Source: Balanoglossus misakiensis (taxonomy: Eukaryota; Animalia; Hemichordata). Taken from it: DNA of 64,000 nucleotides. Under the pieces are notes generated by a model. It had not been told where the DNA came from, did not search any database, and saw only the letters and a program-made list of their open reading frames with translations. Position 1 is the stretch's first letter. Every line of letters begins with the position of its first letter. Shown here in pieces: positions 34,021-56,500 of this stretch. The position numbers and the translations under genes are program-made. The stretch is taken from NCBI GenBank assembly GCA_040954595.2, contig CM082586.2:8091337-8155336 (forward strand), given 5' to 3'.

Positions 34021-35446
34021 TTTTACCTAGTGTTTTATTGCATTTGTAAAGCTGTACGCGGGTTGGGGTGTCCCTCCCTTGTTTTATATTTCTCTCTGAA
34101 GATATTTCAAATTGGACAATTGTCGGAGCTTTATTGTCTTAGAAGGGGGTAATGTAGAGATTTCGTCATCTAACGAGGCCCATTTTATACGTTTCAAAAT
34201 GCCTTTGCGGTTCTTGTAATTACTCAGCCGGCACACGCGCCAAAACCGATTAGCTTGTTACGCACGAATTTCTACGCACGTTCAGTTCTCACTGTTTGCC
34301 TTTGGTTGGTTAGCAACCACGACTTTGAGCGACAGCTGCCAATCACTTATATAGTTAATTTTCTTGGCTTGCTGCCGACGGCAATTTTAGATAAATTGTT
34401 GCAACAAGTGTTTTCTCCGACGTTCGCCTATGCAGATTAGCTTCTCTAATTTTGAATCCGACCCGAGGGTATACAAATAGCGATACCTTTTAAAAAGGGG
34501 AGTCGCTCAAGGGATTGTACTGCCGGAGGCCACGCCAGTAGTAACTTCAAGGTACAGCTAAATATTTTATGCAGTTTTGTCAACTCTTTTCTAGTTCTTA
34601 GTTAATAAATACGCCACGTTGGCTTTTCCACTTTATTTTTCTCGTACTTGTCACAGGCGCTTGTAAAGATGCTATTTCAGTTTTTTTTATTAATTGTAAA
34701 GTGGCTAAAAACGATAAATCAGTAGCTTAGACGATCTCCCGAATTTGCGTCAAACGAGCGCTCTCGCTATGTCCGGGCCTAGGCCTATACCCCACTGACA
34801 CATAAAGAGATTATCTCTTTGCCCTGGCTTTTCAATCGCTTGCAAACGGCACTAAACATCTTCCGGCTATTGGAAAACTCATCGCCATCAACTGTATTGT
34901 AGGTGCAGTGATTTTTGAGCCGAACAAAACAGGTATGAAGAAAAAGCCGAAGAACTCCAGCAAAAACACCTGGGGCCCTGCTCTTATGGGGCTTGGGCCC
35001 TAAAAATTACAACAATTAATACCAATACTAATCAAAACATATCCCTACCTACGGTATACCTACCGGTATACTCTATTTTCGAATGGAACAGCACAGTTTT
35101 TGGCCTTTTTATCACACACTATATCAGCATCTGCACCCCTTGCCAGAGGACAAAATGAAGCAATACAACACAGCAGTGCAGTGCATACTATATTTATTTC
35201 GCTAAAAGAGGAAAAATTCAGTCAACATTACATGTTGCTCGCCAGTAATTTTTCAAATAATCATACGAAAAAAGGTACAAGGAGAAAAACATGCTGGTAT
35301 TCATGCATACTAATTATCAGGAAGCGTTGAAGTAAATACGCGTCTGAGGAAATATATTTAAAGCTATGGTCGATCTGCAGTTTACATTTAGTTCCATAGT
35401 CGCCTGTATGCTGATTTTGTCCCAACATCTTCGCATCAACCAGTGT

Positions 35447-45845
<10,399 letters not shown>

Positions 45846-48800
45846 TGTTGTCTGAAATGTCATTGTGTAAGATGATGAGAAAATGAATTGGTGTGATAAG
45901 GACATCGACTTCAAGCAGAAATAGAATAGAAACATGACAGGCAAAAACACTTAGATTTGAAATGCAAGACTGAAGCCGTTGTTTGCTTTGGCCAATTTAA
46001 GTATCTCGTTCATTAAACAAAATGGTGAATGAGAAAAGTGACTTGCTACACGAATCTGGAGTCAAAACAATGTGCGTAATTACTCCTTGAAAATGTATAA
46101 GCTTTAAGGAACTTACCTTTTTGTCGTTATGCAGTTAACAAGCAGATGATGTCAGTTGAGCAACTGAAAATTGCTCTGCAAACCTACAGAACTCTCCACT
46201 TACATTATTGGTTTATATGCAATTGCTACTTTTCTCAATTTGCATTTACCAAAATATTTATTCCTACTTTGCACAAAAATACTTCAATTAACATACTGAG
46301 ATGGTAACCAACAACCCACATTATTACTTTTACTGAGCTAAAGATAAAACATGCTGACCACAGAAATTCCGGTCGTTAAACAGGTCACATGATGCAACTG
46401 GATAAATCCGGATAGTGCGCAACAAAATTAGGGAGCTTTCAGTTATAACAAAAGGGGTGGGTGGGCTGGAGCACACGGGGTATGGGTTGGTCACATACAA
46501 GTTAATGTAGAAAAAATACACACGGTAACAAAACAACCTGGGGGACAGAATGTCATTGTGGTGCCATTTTGGTTCATATTTAAGTGAAAGTAATATAAGA
46601 ATCTCTCGATCCTGTGAACTTGGCAAAAAATGTGCAATGGTTCTGTCTTCACGTCCCCATTGGATTTAGATGATATGTACTTCGGTGCAACTAACCTGGT
46701 CAAAAGGGGTACATTTTGAATTAATTTTTTATAGATGTTGATACATTGTGATATGACCAGGTGGCGTAATTCCATCAAAATTTATCAGAGACCTTTCATG
46801 GAGGGTCTAACTTCTGCCACGTGTCCTAGGGGATGGTAACCGATCCACCCCAAATACCACAGGCCCACCCCTCCCATGATAAAAGAAAAGCTCCCTTACC
46901 TAGATGAAATTCCAATATAGGGAATTTGTGGAGTTTTCAACATATCAAATTACGGTTTAGTGATGTTTAAAGATACAGTTATTTTATTTTTACTTTTTGT
47001 TCATATCTCTGGGTGATTTAGAAAGGGAAAAAATAAGGATTCTGGATGGCACTCTGGTTCGAAAGATTTTGTTTAATTTACTGAATTGACCTGCGTAAAT
47101 TGTATAGAAACTATAGTTTATTTCCGTTAGGTTGAGACATGCGCAGTGCAGCGGCATGCAATTGAAGAAGACGTCACAGTAACATGTCATTCAAAGGGGA
47201 ACTGTTTAACTCCATTTGGCCAACAAGTTTTACCTAGTTCCGCATGAAAACGTTGGCCTGTAAGACGTACCGGTATGTGCGACATGGACATAGTGTAAAC
47301 CTGTACTTCACAACTCTGGTTAATTAATCTAAATGTGCAAGTTGTGGAACAATTCGTCCAGTATGGCTGCAATTCTTTAATATCAATCACGTGATCTGGC
47401 CATGTTACCATTGTCAGTGCCAGGTGATGGGCAAACAATTTCTCGGAACTGCCAGAAGTGTTACATGTATCAGGCATGAAGCCTCATCGGCCTCATGGCG
47501 TTTCGTCTGCACAGTCATCTTCTGCACCATATGTTGCTGAAATTGCCCGTCAGCTGGGAATGAGAATGCCAGTGTAACTCTCTGACTGCGTCTGATGTCA
47601 TTTGATATCGAAGAATAGGTGCATCATGCAAAAAGTCCTAAAATAAAACACCAACAATTGTTGTCCACAATTTCAATTCGTTGCCCTTCGTGAAATTCCA
47701 ATATTTGACTAGTGTTCATCACGACTTGTAAAATGTTGCAGGCAAATATTGTGGATGCAAGAGTAATATTAACATATTCAAATTTGCAGAAAAAATGGGT
47801 GGTAAAGTTAAAATGTTGTACAAAATCTTGACAGAGAAAATGTACAGGAAGGGTAAATCAATAGATCTGTATGGGATAATAATGGAGGATAATATTATCA
47901 ATGTGACAACTATGATCACCAGAACAACTTTTAATTAAGGCCGACTTTGCAATTCCGCACGATACAGGATAGGAATAGTATGTCTGATGGCTGAAAATAG
48001 AAGTTAATCTCTATTTTCTCTCGAATGACGTCATACTGAAAACAGTCGTTAAACCCTATTTTTTATTTCCAATGTACTTATGCAGGCAATTCATTGAATT
48101 TCGCAACACGTTCGACCACAAAAGTTATCCACCACTACGATTGTACAGGGGTTGTACCTGTTTTCCTTAAGCATCGGGTAGTAAAACAGAAAATCTGTAT
48201 TAGTATAAAAACAACCAAATACCGGTACTAGAAAATCAACAAATAACAGAATGTAAATACTTTTTAAACTATATCAGTAATTTGGTTGACCACGTGAATG
48301 CATAATGGCAGTCTTTAATATATAAATAATCATGTAAAAAATAACATTTAACTTTTTATCTTAGTCCATGCAACCAAACCCTAGAATCATTGTCCTAATA
48401 ATAGAATTTATTGTAGAATTCACACAAGCGGCAGACTGACAGTCTGCCTGGTCTTTGTTGTGTCCACTCAATTATTTTAAGCATGGCTGTTGGACACTGG
48501 TGTCTCCAAGGGTGTTTGAGATTTGTGTGAATTGTAAGCTGCATAGAACGCTTGTGTGGTGTGGGTGGTGGGCTCCAGACCGAAACGTTCTACCCAGCAG
48601 TGTTGTAGTTCACAGCACATTTGTGCTTATGCCTACAATGGCCATCATTATCTGTTGTATATATTCCCTGTAGTGGCCTCAATATGTTCTGTGTCTGAAG
48701 TACTCTTTCTTTTTCATCTCTTACTTATATTTCTATAAATACAGCGTATGCTGTCTACTATTTGTTTTATGGTGTAGCCGTGGAAGGATGCCTCGAATTG

Positions 48801-48999
48801 TTTATCATTTAGGATTATTTGGCGTACCTGGGCAGAAGTTATCTTCTTCTCTGCGATGTTTTCCCTGAATTTTATGTTTATGATTTCTACTTGCTCTTGG
48901 TTGAAGCTTGGTCTTCCAGAGAAGATGTGGGATGTTTGGAATTGTTCAAATGAGGGTGCTATAACTGATTCAGTTTTCTCTTCCTCAATTTCCAGAGAT

Positions 49000-49500
49000 C
49001 TAGAGGGAATATTTTTTTGCTTCAGCTATAACAGCTTGGGCTGTCAAATCTTCTCTCAATTCACGCGCCTCCTCCAAAATGTTGGAACTCTCTTTAACTG
49101 CTCCGGCAATCCTATAGTAAGATGACTGCATTGCCTCCCTATGGGCCATGTGACTCGCAAGTTTTTTTTTACAAATAGGGCTTATTTTCAAGAACCATTG
49201 TTACCTTACTTTTTCTACAAATGGATGTTGCAAATTGTCCGTTTCTTTTTAGAAACTCCTGGCTTAATCCAATTCCTGTAAAATTTAGCAAAGGTCGGAC
49301 TGCTCAGTTGTTCTCCATTGAAACTAGAGAACAGTCTCCTAGAAGATCCATCTCTACCAGTGTTTTCGGAAACACGTCACGAACCATCATCGTCTCAGAA
49401 AGTTGATCTGCTTGCCTCTCTAAAATGAGAAGTAGGCCTAGACTGAAGCTCATCATCTCCAATGTCTTGTGAGCTAGGGTATCAAGATATTCATCCATGC
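49000..49500 (-). pseudogene. Second, frameshifted tyrosine-recombinase-like relic (C-terminal half)
   Basis: Minus-strand pieces LAHKT ... TSICRKSKVTMV ... (stop/frameshift in an A9 run) LASHMAHREAMQSSYYR resemble the RK..VT / LA..M.H / YY end of animal transposon tyrosine recombinases. Confidence 0.45.
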
Positions 49501-49510
49501 GTTCAGAGGT

Positions 49511-50100
49511 TTATGGTTCTTGGTGTGCAAATATTCCCACTTCTAAAATAGAGCTTGCGTTCTTGCAGGATTGCTCATGACCACGTTTCAGCTGTAGCAG
49601 TTGATCATTGACATAAAGGATGCTGCTGTACGTGTTAACCTGAAAGTTTTCAGGACGGAGATCACGCTGCCCTTCTCTACCACGGCGACAAAAATATAAC
49701 ATGATATTGAACCATACATTGTGGAGAAGTATAGTTGCGTCCGTATTCGAGCGACTGAAGTAGGTGGCTAGTTTAGCGAGATCGCCCGGGAGTATGGCCG
49801 GTTTGTGTACAACATTTCCTTTGCCCTTGCTTTTCAATTGCTTGCAAACGGCACTTAACATCTTCCGGACATTGGAAAACTCATCGAGTTCTCCTTTCTG
49901 AGTACGCACTTCAGCGTTGAATGTAGCCACGGCTGCATCCAGAGTCGTTGCTGTGAAGGTCTCGATCTCCCGGTAACTGTAGCTGTACTTGGAACTGAGA
50001 TAATTTTGAAAAACAGATACTGCATTGTTGGTCGCTACTCTCGTGATTTTGCTGTCCATTGGCAGTAAAAGACTATGTACGAGTATGAAAATTACTTTGC
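49511..50100 (-). pseudogene. Degenerate Crypton-type tyrosine recombinase (DUF3504/KCTD1-ZMYM-QRICH1-related) fragment
   Basis: Motifs FNAEVRTQKGE, LKSKGKGNVVHKPAILPGDLAKL and VWFNIMLYFCRRGREGQRDLRPENF (RG-R-E, first catalytic Arg). The segment normally lying between KGE and EF appears deleted, and similarity is lost after ENFQVN. Confidence 0.7.
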
Positions 50101-50534
50101 TAAAACACGAATAAATTTGATTTAATCTGTACTTGTTATGTATGACATTATTCTCACCCAAAAATGTTTATTCAAGCCGAAAATTACAAAATATTATCTT
50201 TTTATCATCGAAGTATGTTTTTCGATGATAAAATATGTATTTAACAATTTCCGATGTGAAAAAACAGTGATTTGGTGCAAAAAATATCATACATAAATAT
50301 CATACATGTCGAGAGAGTTTGATCAAATATATTCATATTTTTACAGAGTTTAATATTTTCATACTCGTACTGCAGATGCCAAACCGCGATGGTCGCCCGA
50401 AAATGCTTAAGTACTTTCAGTCTCTCGAACCCGCACCTTGACCCGCTGACCCGATACTGTAACCGGCCAAGATGGCGAGCATTCACCAGTGTAGTTCGGT
50501 CCATTAAGCTGATTTTATATGTTTAGATATAACC

Positions 50535-53500
50535 ATGGCAACCACTAGCAAAGATATCCTCCCCCTCAGGGCTTTATTCCTCAGGTTAGATAACGAACTG
50601 GGTGAGAAAGATGTAAAAAAACTGAAATTTTTACTGTCTGGAAGCCACATTAATGCAAGAGACGCAAAGAAGGCAGACAGTGCATTGGAATTATTCATGC
50701 AACTAGAAGAGCGTGGTCATGTGTCTAATACGGATGTGGAACTACTTGTAAACCTGATGAGACGTTTAAAACTCGCACGGTTACAGGAAGAAGTGGAGGA
50801 GTTCCAGAGACAATCAAAATCGGTTGCAGCAGGTAAGGCGTTATCAGACATTACCACTACATGCTGCCATTGTTGCAGACTGTAACTCAGGGAACGGACC
50901 ACGTCGCACGACAACATGTCGTTTGAGAGCCAATCCAATTTAAACGAAAAATGTTTAATATGGAGCATATTCAAATACAATGGAAGTATTTGGGTTACCC
51001 ATAGCTTTTATAATTTGAATCAATCCGATCGGAAAAAATAGTGCAGACATTTGAGGTCATGATTTGGTTAAACTGAGCGTACGTGTGTCAACATGAAAGA
51101 ATAGGCCTACATGAGAAGTAGGTCAGTAGGAGGAGTCGGCCATTTTTTGAACTTCTGTATATGTGCAATGATACTGAGCAAATACTTGCAATTTGGGGCA
51201 ATTTTCTTCCAAATATCGACACGATCGGTACATAATAAATACATAAAAGATGCTGAGTATATCGCAGTCGCGCTATTATCAAATATCTACAACAAACCAA
51301 AGTATCACAGGTCAAACCTTGCATATACAGAGAATTGAGATTATCATACGCCATGAATTAAATATGCAAATTAGTCACATGTCCATTAAATTATTTTTCA
51401 GTATTTCACAGCAAATGAGTAATTATAAACAAGAAGGACTACATTCTGTTTGTAAACATCGAACACCAAGAACGCTAGAGCAAAGTTATGATCGCCAAAA
51501 AATTGTGATTTTTCAACACTGTGGCAGGTCATCAACCATTATCCTTCCGAACTCTTGTCAGATTAACAAAACATTTGTCAGTATATATGGGATTCTTGAA
51601 AATTTCGAAAATCTCTGGCTATCGCCAGTTCTCAAATATTGCAGATGCGATCTCCGACATAGGTGACTATTGGCGAAATGGCCCAACATGTACCCTTTGC
51701 ATAACAGAGATTGCATCATTTTGTCGTATGGACTGCCATCTTAGTGTTGCATAGTCTCTGTCGCATCACTGTACTGATAATCAAAATGCCACGATCGGAA
51801 CTTTGATTTTCGTCAAATCTGGGGTAACACATTCACTATATATAATAACAGAACTTCATGGCCTCTGCGCGTGATCTGTGCTGTGCAGAAGTTATTTTGG
51901 CGAGTGCTGAGGTATATTCTGCAGCAGCACTTTCATGAGCGCAACAAGTGAAGGACAGCAGAATACTCCGCAACACTTGTATAATAATTTCTGTACGGCT
52001 CAGAGCGTGCGGAGAGGTCATTAAGTTCTGTGTAGGGAACAGACTGCACGTAGATGTTTTGAAATGCTGTTATATTATCAAATTGAGTGCACTTTTTACA
52101 TTTAATTTCACAGCAGGGAAAAGAAGGCGGCGATGCAGTGTCACTGACCTACGAGGACCGGAAATGCAGCCCTGTGTTGGTGAGTACGATGATAGATATA
52201 AAGTCTAGGAAAATAGTGATTATACTAAAGGGGCCCTTTCTTTACTAACTACTGGAAGCTAGTAATGCTTGACCTACGTATTCACATTGGAATGACAACA
52301 ACCTTTACACAGTAGATAATACTTCTCTAGGACTAGGAAAGTAGGAGTGTCCGTAAATGAAGGCATTTGGGTACCTGGCAGCTCAGATATTGCAATGTGT
52401 CTGTTTAGCTCCGTAGGCTTATTGCTGAGCATGTGAGCTCTTGTTTGCTCCCCAGAGAGTTGTGTGGAATAAAATTACCGGTAGGTCAAATGACCAGGGG
52501 TTATTGTAAAGCGCCATGAGCACAAAAGGTTGTGGATATGTGCGCTATATAAGAACTCACTATTAATGCAGTAGAAATGATGTTTTAACATGAGACTTTC
52601 GAGTTGTTGGGAAACACAAGATTTGAACTCATGTCACAAATGCGGGCCGCACTACATTCAGTCACATATAGTCAACTGGAACAACACTTGTGAAGACGCT
52701 CGCAAAATAAACATGAAGGACAAATCAAGAAAGATTCCTCCTTCAAAAGCAAAAACGGTTGGATACCCAGCTCAGATCTTGTCGTGCCCACTGTTATCCA
52801 TGTCCGTCTCAATTCGTTTGTTGGGGGCATGGGTAGAAGGTCATGCCGAGTACCCTTGTGTGTTTTTCTCATTTGTTGGCCTATTTTGAAGCTGCAACAG
52901 AACAAATCAAAGTATACAGGATTGGGTTACGGATATGAAGTCTACATCATGTATATATCGCCTGCTGGTTATCGCCTTCCGTAGAAAACCTTATGTACTG
53001 GAAACGCCATGGCAGCCATTTTGTCTGTGTAAAAGCATTTAGTCACACGTATGAAAATATATCACATACATTTGTGCTTTCTCTCCCACAGATTTCATGG
53101 TAATGCTGACGTTGGTCTTGACATTCATGAAGTCAACGGTAGAGTATAAGCTTATGATGGAAGAAAGGAATGAAGAAAAAATCAAAGAATTACTAAGCAC
53201 AGCCACAGAGATTTTTGAGAGTGAGTTCAGCGAAACAATTGGTGGAAATAATCCAGACATGAAGAGATTGATAAGAGATGCATTTAAACGTTTCGAACTG
53301 GAATTGATCAAGATGAAACGGTCCTCTGTTATACTTACTCTACGGTCATTCAAAATTCGTAGCATAGAACGTTTCCAAGATAGAGTGGAAAGTGGTGATG
53401 TTGACAGACAACTGACTGACATATTTGTCACAAAGGCGATGAAAGCACTGATCAAAGACCAACCTTTAGAGTTCCGTGTGGAAACTCACGTTGACCAATC

Positions 53501-56500
53501 ACAATTGAAGATGGCAATACAGTACTTTAAAGGTAAGTGTTCGCTGACAATACATTTACCTTAGTTTCTTTTTGTAAAACATTAGGAGAGAACCATTTGA
53601 TTTCTGGAGTGTAGGATACGGATAGGTCAGCAAATTATTCTTTTCACCCAGTGTTACAACATTATTTTCTTCAAGGCATTTAAGAAGAATTTGTTTTCCT
53701 CTCCACCATCTGCCAACATTTTTTTCTTCAAAAATTCCTCCACCCACCCCGAAGTAAAATGGTTCTCCCCTTTATTTCTAGCATGTGGTGATTTTTTCAT
53801 TGGCAATTCATGTTTGTTTATTATGGCCAGGCCAAATTAATTCCATGTTCTTTGATATGGATCAGCTATAGTATCTGAAAAGAGAATCTTGATCATACCA
53901 CGAATATAATGCATGACATTATTTTCAGTCCGTTACATTGTACATGCATTAATAGTTTTCTGGACTCTGATGTGAGCGTTATTGTACAAATTCACAGATT
54001 TGACGGTAGTGTATAGTGATGAACAATATTTTGATACGTTTTGTGCAGTTTTCTAACATTTTGTTCCGTACATGCTCACAGATTTGCATCAAGACAACAA
54101 GGTTTTTGCCGGAGCCAGGAGCAGAAAATTACAGCAACCGAGCCTAGATGAATTCCCCTGCGTAAATCAACTGAATTTGATTTCAACAAAATGGCCGGCC
54201 AGACAGGAAGTTTCAAAGTTTGGTCTTCTTATGTTAAAGTGTAGTAAGAGTTTCCGTAAACGACTACAAGTTGTCACAGTACAACACGACATCGACCAGA
54301 GAAAGATCACATATCTGGAGCAGACGAAATCACTCCATCAAGAAGAAATCAAACGGCTCCAGAGTGCCAAAGAACGAGCAGAAAAATTAGCTGTGCGTGA
54401 GAGGACAAAACGAATTGCTCCCTCAGTGGTATGTAACGATTTAAAAATACTCATGTAATAATATTAGGTATTTCTACGCTGAAAAATTGTTTGATAAACT
54501 CTGAGCGAAATAGTGTTTGTAAAATTGCAAACGCTGCGACTTCAGCTTTAGAGTACAGCTGCCACACATGAGAGAAACTTCCTGTGCAAAATGTCATTCG
54601 AGGAATTTTGCTTCTTCCTCTCGTGTGCGTCGGTCTTGAGTAATTTTCCTCACAAGGAAAAAATATCAAACACTTGAATATTTTGATCCACAGCACAAAA
54701 GTAATAAAAATCACAAATTAAAGCTGCAAGCAGCGTTGGCGGGGCACAAGCGGTTCCCGTGGTGACCAGCAAATGCCACGGCTGTATCTGCTGGGGATAC
54801 CAATATATGGGAAAGTAGGTCAAAGGACACCTGAGGTCACCCCAAATTTGGCCAAAAAAAATTGGACCCCATACTAGTCTAGATCCAACAAAAAACCAGA
54901 CCCCTAGCCCTATTGGTTCGCCTGCAATTAGATATGCATATAATTAATGAGGTCTTGTGTAAGACTCCATTATGTGCTCAATCCCCATAAAAGCCAGGGC
55001 TCTAACTGCTCTGGATGCTGAGATATGGGAAAGTAGATCAAAGGTCACCCAAGGTCACCCAAAATTAGGGCATAAAATTTTGATCCCAGAGTGGGCCATG
55101 TCCAACCAATACCAGACCTCTAGCCCTATTGGGTAGCATGGAATTAGATATGCAGAAAAATGATGTTTCAGAAATAGGTCAAAGGTCATTGTCAAAATTA
55201 CCAAAATATTTGTGTCATGTTCTGGCAGCATTGGTACCCATGTCCACAAAATTCATGACTGTGGTGCTTTGACAAGAGGAGGTATGGGGAATATGCATAT
55301 ATAATTATTTGTTTTAAAACTGGGTCAAAGGTCATGTGAAAATTGCCCCGAAAAATTGTGACAACTTCCGGTCATATGATGACTCATATCCAAAAAAAGA
55401 ATTTCCATGCTGTCAACATTTTGGCTACAAAACGGAATTATCACTTTTCAATGGTTTTCCGAAAATCCAACATGGCCGCCATAATGATCGACCAATCACA
55501 TTGCGCTTCGCAAACTTGATAGACATAGGTTAGGTGACCACATATCCCACATCCCGAGACTCGGTAACCGCTGGTTCTGGAGAAGAAGATTTTTAAAGTT
55601 ATAAGTAGTTTTTCAGAAAAACAATTGTAGCAAAAAACCTTTATGTATGACGTCATGATTTTATGGGGTAAAATGATGGACATAAGGTAGGCTACCTGCA
55701 CACCAAATTTGAACTCGATCGGCCCAGTGGTTTTTGAGAAGGACTCATTTAATGATTTTCAGGAAATCCAATATGGCCGCCAGGTCACGTGACTAATTAA
55801 ATATTCACGAGCCACTGCACGTCTACTCATTGGCCCCTACCACCCTACCAAGTTTCAGCCCCCTAGGTGCTGCGGTTTTCCAGATCTACCTGGCCGATTA
55901 TTTGCAGAAGAAGAATAATAATAAAGAATTAAAGCTGCAAGCAGCATTGTCGGGCCCAAGCGCTGATCTTGAATTACATATGCACAGTATGAATGAGAAG
56001 AAACAGAATGCTCTATCATGTTTTTTATCTCATGACATAACAAGGACGTATGTATTTTTGCTGCAGAAATAGAGTAAAGTAGGTAAAAGGGCACCTGAGG
56101 TCATCTGAATTTTGGGAAATTTTTTTGACCCATATTTGTCCATGTCCAACAAAAACCAAAACTCTAGCTCTATTGGTTCGTCTGTAATTAGGTATGTGCA
56201 TATTTAATGAGGTCAGCAGGTGTCACAGGTGACCCAAAAATGTGGCTTTACATTTTGGTCCCATTCTGCCAAATGCCAAGGCTGTATCTGCTCTGGATGC
56301 TAAGATATGCGAAAGTAGGTCAAAGGTCACCAGAGGTCATGCAACATTTGGGCAAAAAAATTTGACCCCATTCTGGTCCATTTCCAACAAAAACCAAACC
56401 ACTAGCTTTATTGGTTCGCCTGTAATTAGCGATGCACATAATTAATGAGGTCAACAGAGGTCAAAGGGGTCATGAAAAGTAGCAAAATATTTTGATCACA

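Noticed and set aside
47187-47600. WP..LQPYW resembling Gypsy/BEL pol
   Set aside because: Too short and disrupted to support.
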